DNA from: Octopus bimaculoides
Taxonomy: Eukaryota
Direction of reading: 5' to 3'
DNA: 33,431 nt
Assembly (NCBI RefSeq): GCF_001194135.2
Contig: NC_068981.1
Location: 196,187,151 to 196,220,581, forward strand
Below the pieces are notes generated by a model. The model was not told where the DNA came from, did not search any database, and saw only the letters and a program-made list of their open reading frames with translations. Positions 1 through 10,289 of this stretch are shown one piece after another. The position numbers and the translations under genes were made by a program. How positions within the stretch are numbered: position 1 is the first letter of the stretch; each line of letters starts with the position of its first letter.

Positions 1-745
1 ATCGGAGACTTGACTTAATGATCGCGTAGAATTTGTGGCGTCTCTCCCAAAAGCTCCAGAAAACCAATACGGGTGTCAGCAACGCTGTCAGATATAGCAG
101 TCGGGGTGGTGGTGGCGGTGGTGGTGGTGGAAGAGGTAAAGCTTGGGGTGGGATGGGGTTGGAGAGGCTCAATAGAAGGCTAGAAACACGAAAGGTGGGT
201 GGTATTTTTTACTCTAACCAATGTGGTCTTCTCAGCTTTTTTTATCAAACAGGACTGTTGTGGGTAAAAACATCCATGGCAGATATCAATAGAAAGGGTC
301 GGGACAGGGGGCTTCGAGGAGAGGCAGGAGGGGAACTAAGGGGAGAGGGTGAGAAGAAGGTGAGATCTTTGATAGACAGGGACGTTGTAACTAACACCTA
401 GGTCCCTCATATTAACTTACCCCACCCCTTTCAATATCTTTTAGCTTCCTTCACCGTCGTCTTCTTCTTCCTTCACTTTCTTTCTCTTATTTCCATCTTC
501 TGACATCTCTTCTATTTCCTCATTTTCTATTTCGTCTTCTTCTTCTTCTTCACCATCTTTACTATCTCCGCCATCTTGTCCAGCGATAATTTCTTAATTC
601 TGTCAGAACGCACGGCCTTATTTCTGTTGCTTTATACGGCAGCCATTTTATTTCAATTACCCACCAGCACCTCAACACCACTCTTCTCCCCCATCACCAA
701 AATCAAGCATGATTGTCGTGCAATCTCATTTCTCTACCTCTATGA

Positions 746-920
746 CAAGGGTCCCCAAAGTGGTCGATATCGATCCCTGGGTTTCGATGGGACTATTCAG
801 AGTCGATAAATGCCTGAAGCTACAAACCCACTTTATTATTATTATTATTATTTATATTATTTATTTATTTTCTTGTACATGCTTGGGGGTCGATGGTCTA
901 AAAAGTTTGGGGAACCCCTG
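746..920. mobile_element. Non-autonomous hAT (Charlie-like) MITE, ~175 bp, with TIRs and 8-bp target-site duplication
   Basis: Left end CAAGGGTCCCCAAA (746-759) is the inverted match of right end TTTGGGGAACCCCTG (906-920). Flanks are CTCTATGA (738-745) and CTCTATGG (921-928), a 7/8 direct match with the central TA typical of Charlie/hAT targets. No ORF; internal (ATT)n-rich stretch. Confidence 0.8.
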
Positions 921-973
921 CTCTATGGAAACAAATCAATTGTGTAACCATTTTATCCATTCCTTTCCTATAC

Positions 974-1283
974 TAGTGGTTCTCAGCCGGGGTTCAGATG
1001 ACCCCTAGGTGTCCATTTAAATGTTGGGGGTTCCATGGCAGCATCTTAGGAGTTATTGGAAGAAAAAAAACTAGGTTTCTTAACGTTTTACACAATTGGA
1101 CATATTTCTAGACCCTGAAACATGGTCCCTCGGAGAATGCTATTGAATGGATGATAAACAATAGTAATCTTGAAAGAAGTATCGATACAAATGGTTTTAG
1201 AATATCAATTAGCTGTGATGGGTTACCTGACTAAAGCAGGAATCAATAGGGTCCATGGACAAAAAATGGTCGAGAAACCCCTG
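974..1283. mobile_element. Second hAT (Charlie-like) MITE, ~310 bp, older/diverged
   Basis: Starts TAGTGGTTCTCAGCC, close to the CAGTGGTTCTCAA terminus of Charlie-type elements, and ends GGTCGAGAAACCCCTG. Flanking 8-mers TCCTATAC and GTTTAAAC both have central TA but match poorly, so the TSD is degraded. Confidence 0.6.
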
Positions 1284-1459
1284 GTTTAAACGCCCTCGTC
1301 TCAGCCTGAGGGTGTCATGAGCTCTGTCCTTTCTTCCAACTTAGCAGTAACAGAATATAAACGTCGGCAGCAATACTAGAGAGATATAAGTGATTATAAA
1401 TTTTCGCCTGAATATATTCCCAGAAGACTGTGTCAAAAACCGTCTTTAATATGATGAAT

Positions 1460-1630
1460 GCAAGCAGATGTTATCGGCGATGTCACTCTACTTTCTGAGT
1501 TCAAATGCCGCATACGCGGCCGACTTTGCCTTTCTACGTATCGGGGGCCTAGAGGATAAAGCACAGGACAAGTATTGGAGTTGATTTAATCGATTAATCT
1601 ACTCTCCTCAGAAGTGCAAGCCTTGTGTCT
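1460..1630 (+). mobile_element. SINE family A, diverged fragment
   Basis: Contains TTCTGAGTTCAAATGCCGC...CGACTTTGCCTTTC...GATTTAATCGATTAA, collinear with better copies at 16409-16620 and 19293-19506. Confidence 0.65.
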
Positions 1631-1648
1631 AATTAATAAACAATCAAT

Positions 1649-1790
1649 AAGGCGGAATCCTAGCTGTGTCGTTAGAGCGTCGAAAACAAAAAAGCACCTT
1701 TACGTTCTGAGTTCAAATCCCGCCGATTTCATTTTGAGCATAAAATTTAAAAAACTACTTGCCTTGAATCAAAGTCGGAAACAATTTACT
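1649..1790 (+). mobile_element. SINE family A-like 5' fragment
   Basis: AAGGCGG...GTCGTTAGAGCGTCG head followed by TTTACGTTCTGAGTTCAAATCCCGCCG, the B-box region shared with other family A copies. Confidence 0.6.
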
Positions 1791-2822
1791 ATTATTGTTA
1801 TTGTTATTTAACTAAGCGTTTATAAAGCTAAAAGATAAATAATATACACTAGGGAGTTAATTATTGGCCTATTTTCCTTTACCAGTTGTAAAGATTTCAC
1901 TTCATGAAGAACGACACCGACGGGTCGTTTTGTATTATTTTAAATCCACCCTACCTCTGCCGCCTCCACCACCACATTAACAAATCCTGATGTATATGGC
2001 AGTAGTAGTAGTAGTATGCGCTATTTAAAGCATGTAAGAAACTAAAAAGAAACAACAAACAAAAAAACTTTCCAAGGACTAAAATACATTTGCTTTTGTT
2101 GTTATTGTTGTTGCTTTCCTCCAGTGTTTGACTTAATTTATTGCCAAGCTGAATAACAACAAAAGAAACCCGTGTTTTAGTTTAAAGAGGCCGACGTTCA
2201 GATTGAAATAAAGACGGAGCAACACCGAACACACACACACACACACACACAACATTTATGCTTGTGTATAGGAGTGTCTGCGCGCGCGCGTCTTATATAT
2301 ATATATATATATATGAACATGCACGCACACTCACACACACGTGCTTTGTGCGTTTGTATACATAGAAATGTGTGTGTAGGTATCTGTGCGCGCTTGTAAG
2401 TTTGTATGTGTNNNNNNNNNNNNNNNNNNNNNNNNNNNNNNNNNNNNNNNNNNNNNNNNNNNNNNNNNNNNNNNNNNNNNNNNNNNNNNNNNNNNNNNNN
2501 NNNNNNNNNNNNNNNNNNNNNNNNNNNNNNNNNNNNNNNNNNNNNNNNNNNNNNNNNNNNNGGGGGGTGAGGGGGGATGGGTGGGAAAGGGGTACGTTGA
2601 AAGCATGACGGGAGCAGGGTGAGGTGTAGTGGGAGGGGCGTTGGGGGTAGGGTGAAAAGGGGGTAGCTGACAAGTAATTAGAGCCCGAATGGATGGGGAA
2701 TGAAGAAGGGCAAACCACAGTCTTTATGACGTCTACGAGACCTTGTGGATAGAGACGAGGTTCTCGGCCGGGTGTCACGCATCGTGCAACAGTGACACCA
2801 CACGCACAGCAACACAGCATTG

Positions 2823-2825
<3 letters not shown>

Positions 2826-2881
<56 letters not shown>

Positions 2882-3160
2882 AGGGTTTGCGTATGTTAGT
2901 AAATAAGAGCCGGTGAAGTAACTTGTATTGTTTGGCGAAAATAAAGACAAAAGTAATGTGTATGCACACGCACGCGCACACACACACACATATATATATA
3001 TAAATACACACACACACACACACACACACATATAAACACATATAGCACTTATATACATATATGCATATATATATATATAGTACTAGTACATGTACATGGT
3101 ACTGATATGCATGTATGCATATGTGTGTGTGCGTATGTTTGTGTGTATATATATATATAT
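2826..3160. repeat. (GT)n followed by compound (CA)/(TA)/(TG) microsatellites
   Basis: Direct reading: ~26 GT units from 2826, then mixed CA/TA tracts. Confidence 0.9.
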
Positions 3161-3327
3161 AGCCAGCCGCCAACACTTTTTTCTGCAAAATAGGGGTATC
3201 TTATCCTGTTCAGGCTATATTATTAGCATTATCCTGCGTTTGAGAATATAAAAATCCCTTTCTAAGACATATCAACGCTTCTAAAGCAAACTTTGTTTGT
3301 TTGTTTACGTTCTTCGTAATTTGAATT

Positions 3328-3370
<43 letters not shown>

Positions 3371-3960
3371 CACACACACCATCACTGCCCGTGCTTCTCT
3401 TTCTCTTTCTCTCTCTCTATCTTTATATATATATATGGATGTTAGTAGAATGTGTGATATGTAGGGATATTTATTTAATCAAAGGAAAGAATTTTGTATC
3501 GATTCCTTCGCAACCCTGAAAGCAGACCTGAAATATTCTTTTCTTAGATATGTATTCTATCACCGCCTCTAACCAAATGTTGTTGTTAGTGGTGTCGTAA
3601 TTGTTGCTGTTGTTGTTATCCCCGGATCAACTTTGGCCTCCGAACAATAAACAAGGCCTTTCAGACCATCACCACTTCACGAGGTAAGAAAATAAGACAG
3701 CGGAGTATCTAAAGAAACTCAGCTGTTATTTCGAGCAAGTTTTGTTACCATAAAGAAGTGTCCTTGTTGGCGGGTGAAGGTCCCTTGTTGGGTCAAGAGG
3801 CCAAATGGAAAGGGTCAAACTGCTTTGTGAGCAATCTTATCTGTAAGTAACTTGTTGATTTATGAAAAACCCTTTTTGCTGGACATAAAGAGCAAGAATT
3901 TAGATATTTCATTGAACTTTTCCCCCACCCCACCTATATTATTGATATAGTAAGTATTGT

Positions 3961-4188
3961 GGAGCGGCGAGGGGGCAGCAGCGTCAGTAAGTCGGACAAA
4001 ATGCTTAGCGGTGTTTCTTCCGGCTTCTTAACTCCAAATCCGGCTGAGGTCACCGTTGCCTTTCTTTCCTTCGGCGTCGATAGAATAAAGTACCAGTCAA
4101 ATACTGCAGTCGATGTACTCGGCTTGCTTCCTTCCTCTTCACCTCACCCCCTATAAATTCCTGGCTTTGACCCCTTCAAAGGACCAGC
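3961..4188 (+). mobile_element. SINE family A, near full-length diverged copy
   Basis: GGAGCGGCGAGGGGGCAG...AAAATGCTTAGCGGTGTTTC...GAGGTCACCGTTGCCTTTC...GTCGATAGAATAAAGTACCAGT...AAATTCCTGGCTTTG, collinear with other A copies. Confidence 0.75.
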
Positions 4189-4730
4189 GTCCCGTGGGGG
4201 GGGGGAGTAAAAACGCTGTGATCGCGGACACTCGTATGTCATGGAAACCAGGTACCCGGGTTTATGAATCGCTAGGGCCCAAGAAAACAATAAGGAGCAG
4301 AGTGTATTCAAAAGAGAAACGGAAACGTATGTGATAACGAAAACCTGAATATGAGAGAATTGTACAAAGACTGTACCATAAATGGTGGAGGGTGGGGGCG
4401 AGTCCCCGCCCCGCCCCTCGGTGACAAAACTATCCATCCACAACACAAAAGTATTTCTGAAATATTCACACAATTCATTGATAGGACGATTTTAAAAGGT
4501 TACAGACAATTAGGTGAGATTAAACGAGATTATCATAGAGCGAGATGATATGCAACAACAAGAGCAACAACAACAACATGGAGGATTGAAAGGAAAATCA
4601 AGCGGCTGAGTTTGGGGTCTGCCTGTTGAAGGTAAATTCCAAGGATGAGGGATAAGCGTGTTCACATCAGGGGTAATTAGATGATGGTTAAGTGTGTCTT
4701 GTATTGGCCTTGGAATGCGGTAGTTAACGT

Positions 4731-4780
4731 TGGTATGTGACGGTATGTGATGGTATGTGGTGGTATGTGATCGCTATGTG
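4731..4780. repeat. 10-bp tandem repeat (TGGTATGTGA) x ~5
   Basis: TGGTATGTGA CGGTATGTGA TGGTATGTGG TGGTATGTGA TCGCTATGTG. Confidence 0.85.
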
Positions 4781-4869
4781 GTGAGTCTGACGTTTGTTTA
4801 GAGAATAACAATCAAAAAATAACAAACACAGGAATAAATGTCTCGTTCTATTAAAGAAGAATAGATTGA

Positions 4870-5310
4870 GAAGGGGCGGCGAGGCTGGCGAGGCTGGTGG
4901 AGGTGATGGCGGTGGTATGTATGATGATGGTGGTGATGGTGCAGGTGATGTTAGTATAAAAATTGATAGCAGTGATGGTGACGATGAGGGCGTAGTAATG
5001 AAGATGGCGTTCGTGGTGGTGGTGAAGGTGGTATTGCTGCTGCTGCTGCTGATGATGATGATGGTGATGATGATGATGGTGGTGGTGGTGGTGGTGGTGG
5101 TAGAGTTGATATTGATATAGTTGATGATAATGATAATGAAGATGTTGGTGGTGGCGATAGTGGTGTAGTGTTGGTGTTGGTAAGGATTGGAGGTGGGGGG
5201 AGCACTGTGATTCGTGCTGCTGATGGTGGTGGTGGTGTGATGGCATTAAAGGTGGTGGTGGTTCCAACGGTGTAAGCGCTAACGGTGGTGGAGGTGGTGG
5301 TAGCGATGGT
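4870..5310. repeat. Degenerate (GGT)/(GAT)/(GCT) trinucleotide low-complexity region
   Basis: Runs of GGT, GAT and GCT with scattered substitutions; source of the overlapping His/Pro/Val-rich ORFs. Confidence 0.75.
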
Positions 5311-5419
5311 GGAGCCAGGATCGGTGTCGTTTCTTTGCAAGTCAACTCTTTTGCAGATTACCTTTGATCAGAGAGGTTCCCACCGTGACCATGCCGTCTA
5401 TCTGCACATACAGGACTTA

Positions 5420-5770
5420 CACTATATCAACCTTTCATTTCAGAGAATGATTCGAGGGCGATTTAGCTACTATTTCTAGCTACCATGTCGATGACTACGT
5501 AGAGGCGCCAATATGGAGTCAGTGTGTTGTTTGTGGTAGTGGGAGGAGTAGGGCGCGAGTGGTGGTAAGTGTGGAAATTAATGGACTAAATGTGCGCATG
5601 CGCATTAATTATACTGCGGCCAGGCTGGAACACTACTCTCTGCGACATTATCGATTTCATCTACCATCAACACTTGTTTATTTTTATCAATTTGTCCGGC
5701 ATTTGATATCAGCTTGACTGCAAGACTCTCTGAATGTTTGTTTTTCTTTACAACTGCGCATGCGCGTGCG
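5420..5770. promoter_or_regulatory. Putative promoter-like island (NRF1/EWG and E2F motifs, flanking splice donors)
   Basis: TGCGCATGCGCA at 5593-5604 and TGCGCATGCGCG at 5755-5766; GGCGCCAA at 5504-5511; GTAAGT donors at 5565 (+) and 5420 (-). Motif evidence only. Confidence 0.25.
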
Positions 5771-6343
5771 TGCGTGTGTGTGTGTATGTGTGTGTAGGAA
5801 GAGAGATACATATACACACAGGTTATTATATTTAATGTAGTGTAACAGCGAAACAGCAACAACAGAGTTATTTATTTGTTGTAATTACACTCGTAATTAG
5901 AAGAGAAATGTCATTAAAGTTAATGAAAAATTCTTGTCATAAAAACATAAACGAGGAAGAAAGCTTCGTAATTCTAAATTGTATAAAACTTAAACAGTGA
6001 CACGTTGTATTAGATGTGTCTGATAATTTAATAAGAAGGAGCGAAAACTCTGAATATATTTCAGTTTTATGAAACCTTTTCAGGGTAACAAGTCCTTACC
6101 AATGGAAGGCTATGACGAGATATCGAATTCTATGAAGAGCGTTGATTAAATGAATTAAAATAACGATTTCTATTATCAAAATATTGGGTAATTGCAAATA
6201 GCTTGACAATTTACCTTCCACATGTTTTTACCTAAACCTCCTTCTCTTTCTCTCTCTACTCTTTCTACTGTTTCTGTCTTTATCTCTCTCTACTCTCTCT
6301 TGTCTCTATTTCTATCACTTTCCAGCCTCTGTTTTCCTGCGTC

Positions 6344-6378
<35 letters not shown>

Positions 6379-7265
6379 CTCTTTCTTTCTTTCACGCCCC
6401 ATCCACCCGTTAAGCTGTCTTCTATGTTGTCACCATTTTGACTCGACATACTACCCGGAGCTGTCTCAAATTACAGACAATTGGTGGTGGCATCAGGCAC
6501 ACATATGCCGTATGGATGAATTGGTGGGGGTGACTGGGTAGAAGGCCGACAAACAAACGAAAGAGAGAGAGGAGGGAGAGAGAGATAAGTAAAGTAAAAG
6601 AGATTTTATGAAGGGGTATGGATGGGGGGAGTTCGGAGTTCGAGGTGGGGGAGAGGGATCAGATGTAGTAAGAGGCAAAAAGTCGAGCATCTCGAGATGA
6701 AATATCGCTAAGGTGTCTCCGTCAGACCAATCCTGACATGCCATTCCTAGCCAAAATGTCTGCATACACACTGACCTCTCACTCTGCCCGTCACATCCGA
6801 CATATATAGGAGCTTCTGTTTTAGATTCCCCATCGCCAACGCCAACATTACCATAAAGAAACCACCTAAAACAGTAGCAACAACAACAACAACTGTGACA
6901 TGAACTGATATGCGTTTATATTAGGCTCTTGTTTTCTTCTGCTTTTACTCTCTCTCTCTCTCTCTCTCTCTCTCCTTCTGTATATACATACATACACACA
7001 CACACACGCATATATATATATATATATANNNNNNNNNNNNNNNNNNNNNNNNNNNNNNNNNNNNNNNNNNNNNNNNNNNNNNNNNNNNNNNNNNNNNNNN
7101 NNNNNNNNNNNNNNNNNNNNNNNNNNNNNNNNNNNNNNNNNNNNNNNNNNNNNNNNNNNNNNNNNNNNNNNNNNNNNNNNNNNNNNNNNNNNNNNNNNNN
7201 NNNNNNNNNNNNNNNNNNNNNNNNNNNNNNNNNNNNNNNNNNNNNNNNNNNNNNNNNNNNNNNNN

Positions 7266-7307
<42 letters not shown>

Positions 7308-7319
7308 TGAGTGTGTGTG

Positions 7320-7510
7320 TTTGTCCCCCACCTTCACTTCACAACCGATGTTGGTGTGTTTACGTCTCCGTAAATTAGCGGTTCGACATAAGACACCGAT
7401 AGAATAAGTGCTACGCTTACAAAAGAATAAGTCCTGTGGTTGATTTGTTCGACTAAAAGGCGGTGCTCCAGCATGGCCGCAGTCAAAATGACTGAAACAA
7501 GTAAAAGAAA
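7320..7510 (+). mobile_element. SINE family B, 3' module
   Basis: TTTGTCCCCC...ACAACCGATGTTGGTGTGTTTACGTC...CCGATAGAATAAGT...GGCGGTGCTCCAGCATGGCCGCAGTCAAAATGACTGAAACAAGTAAAAG matches the reverse complement of 14416-14600. Confidence 0.85.
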
Positions 7511-7539
7511 TATAAAAATGCGTCCCCTAGAAAAGTTGA

Positions 7540-7613
7540 GATCACGCAGTGGGACTGAACCCGGAACCACGTGATTGGAAGGCAAACTTCTTACCACACA
7601 GCCGTACCTGCGC
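7540..7613 (-). mobile_element. SINE family B, tRNA-like 5' head only
   Basis: Minus strand reads GCGCAGGTACGGCTGTGTGGTAAGAAGTTTGCC...GGTTCCGGGTTCAGTCCCACTGCGTG, with A-box-like and B-box-like elements; same head as 14740-14808. Confidence 0.8.
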
Positions 7614-7895
7614 ATATATATTATTTGTAGTCTGGGTGTAACTATGTGTATTAGTTATTTGTAGTATGTGTTGTATGTGTATGTGCAAAGCGGCCTCGCC
7701 TCCCTCCACCGACTCCCACTCCCGTGCCTGACAAAATTCAAGGTTAAAGAGCGTTGTCCGATTTCCCTAAAAGCAAACAGAATTGGTAACGAAACCTGAA
7801 CTGTCATGTGAAATCGGACACACTCTCAACGAAACTTGAGATTCTGGTTCGCCCCTGACCAATTTAGGTCACGTCTTGTTGTCACCGTATAAAAC

Positions 7896-7896
<1 letters not shown>

Positions 7897-7961
<65 letters not shown>

Positions 7962-7974
7962 CAGCAGCAGCAGC
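7897..7974. repeat. (TAG)n-(CAG)n compound microsatellite
   Basis: Direct reading. Confidence 0.9.
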
Positions 7975-8375
7975 GAATATTTGTTGCTGCGATTGAAACT
8001 ACGATTAGCCCCCAGAAAAATCTATTGATCAAATGTTTTCATACCGTGACCATCCCGTTATATTTTTGTACCGTAGTGTATGGAGAACTACATTAATGTA
8101 TCCTTCTCAAGTCAATAAGTCAATAGTGAATGATATGAAGTAGATTCGGCTGCGATTTCTAGCAGGTCGATCGACTATTTACTGGCGCACTCGTTGCCCC
8201 CCCCCACTAGTTCTGACAGTTGTGTCTATTTCGTTTTTTTTTTTTTTCATTAGCCCTAGGTCAGCCTGAACTGACCATACCACTGACCATACAGTTCTTC
8301 GCTTGTATTACTACAATATCCAACGTATCCGATCCGTAGAGAGATGCACATCTATTGATACAGATCTCTATACAG

Positions 8376-8520
8376 GTGGGGCACATCAGGCGGGATACTT
8401 GTGTCCTTACGGGTGGGACACATCACGCGGAATACCCGTGTCCTTCCTGGTGGGGTACATCAGGCAGGATACTTGTGTTCTTACGGGTGGAGCACATCAT
8501 GCGGGATACTTGTGTGTCGT
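8376..8520. repeat. 37-bp minisatellite, ~3.9 copies
   Basis: Units start at 8376, 8413, 8450 and 8487; consensus approximately GTGGGGCACATCAGGCGGGATACTTGTGTCCTTACGG. Confidence 0.9.
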
Positions 8521-9644
8521 TCCAGTGTCATGTACTACATCGTCTAATATGTCACCGTGTTTAGTACTACCTTAGTATAATCTTTTGAAGACATATTCTT
8601 GGGTGATTATTCTTTACCATAGACTCTCAGATACAGCCTTTTGATTTGAGTTTGGTAGACGGAAACCGTGTGGAATTCATTCAAAAGAATTGTCTGTGTT
8701 TAGAAGAGGCAGACTTCATCTGGTTCTCTGGTATCTTTACCGTGTCCACCGTGCTACAAGGATTCGAACCATGTGTCTTGTCCCAAAACAAATTCCTTCA
8801 GTGCAACTTCCCTACCCATTCTCCAAGTTTCAGCAAAAATGTTAATGGAACTGACATACTTCCTCTCAATAAATTATGCGAGATTAGACTGCTGTTTCTA
8901 GCCAATCAAATGATTACTAAATGAGCGTTTTAACAGCAAGTGTCGTTTTTGTGGATTTTGTTGTTGTTTTTAAAGTTGTTGATGTTCACGTTGTTATAAC
9001 AGTTATGCCGGATTAACAGTGTTACGGTATTGCTGTTTTCAGTCGAAATCCGGCAATGTTTGTCTTTATCGGTCAAGTGGAGGTGGGAGGGGATCAACTT
9101 ATATGACAACACCATCCCTCCCCACACACACACCACTTACTCCTCACAAAATTCAGACTTTTATTTCAATGTAATGGATGAGGCTTATTGCCACACACAC
9201 ACGCACACACGCACACACACACACGCACACACACATTCAACGCACCTTAAAACACGCACACAGCAAAATACTCTACACATGAACACACATTCTACGGCAC
9301 ATATAGGTATATTCCACACACACTTTAACGCGCATGCGCACTCTCTCGCCCCTCTCTCTCTCTCTCCTCTTCATCNNNNNNNNNNNNNNNNNNNNNNNNN
9401 NNNNNNNNNNNNNNNNNNNNNNNNNNNNNNNNNNNNNNNNNNNNNNNNNNNNNNNNNNNNNNNNNNNNNNNNNNNNNNNNNNNNNNNNNNNNNNNNNNNN
9501 NNNNNNNNNNNNNNNNNNNNNNNNNNNNNNNNNNNNNNNNNNNNNNNNNNNNNNNNNNNNNNNNNNNNNNNNNNNNNNNNNNNNNNNNNNNNNNNNNNNN
9601 NNNNNNNNNNNNNNNNNNNNNNNNNNNNNNNNNNNNNNNNNNNN

Positions 9645-9688
<44 letters not shown>

Positions 9689-9790
9689 CACACACACACC
9701 TAAATATTTCATTCACTTCAGCACACAGATATTCTTCGCATTAGTGTGTACTTAGATAAATTTCCCACACCTCTTAACACATACACACAC

Positions 9791-9823
<33 letters not shown>

Positions 9824-10252
9824 GCAACAACAAACAATATTCTACATATAATACGCCAAGAAGCTCAAAACATTTTCCACGCAGACACCCACACACCCAC
9901 ACACCCACACACCCACACACTTATTCTACATGTATTCACAAAAAACAACAACAGAGCACTGAGCACAACCATTAACTCACATCTCAATATACACATGCAA
10001 ATATACTACCACACACACACACACATATACACATACACACTCACAGTTATTCCGCGCACATTAACACACACACAAACACTTACACACGTTAATATACACA
10101 TTCAAGTATCGTACGCGCTCTCCTGAATATATACATGCAAATATTACATACACACACAAACACATACACACGCTTATTCCATGCACATTAACAAAAATCA
10201 ATACTTAACGTACACATTGGCCACGCAATTATTAATATACACCTGAAAATAT

Positions 10253-10289
<37 letters not shown>

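Noticed and set aside
424-593. Minus-strand acidic frame EIIAGQDGGDSKDGEEEEEDEIENEEIEEMSEDGNKRKKVKEEEDDGEGS* with an NLS-like KRKKVK
   Set aside because: The best acceptor (TTCTGACAG) leads directly into an in-frame TAA. The segment reads as degenerate (GAA)/(GAT) repeat like others in the window, and I recognise no homolog.
4851-5345. His/Gln/Pro-rich ORFs (164 aa, 129 aa, 84 aa) resembling transcription-factor low-complexity regions
   Set aside because: Overlapping open frames on both strands follow from GGT/GAT/GCT repeats. There is no DNA-binding domain, and no convincing splice sites put the frames in register.
6493-6866. Minus-strand frame WFLYGNVGVGDGESKTEAPIYVGCDGQSE... after an acceptor-like TGTTTTAG
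   Set aside because: No recognisable family; the donor (GTCAGT) is weak, and the frame decays into a CT-repeat translation.
8376-8520. Regularly spaced ~37-bp units as a CRISPR-like array
   Set aside because: The units are contiguous with no unique spacers, there are no cas genes, and the context is eukaryotic.
8755-8775. Perfect Pol III B-box (GGTTCGAATCC on the minus strand) suggesting a tRNA gene
   Set aside because: No cloverleaf stems or properly spaced A-box; most likely a SINE relic.
9006-9056. Hairpin TGCCGGATT...AATCCGGCA as a possible pre-miRNA
   Set aside because: Only a 9-bp stem plus a large asymmetric bulge, and no match to conserved miRNA sequences I recall.
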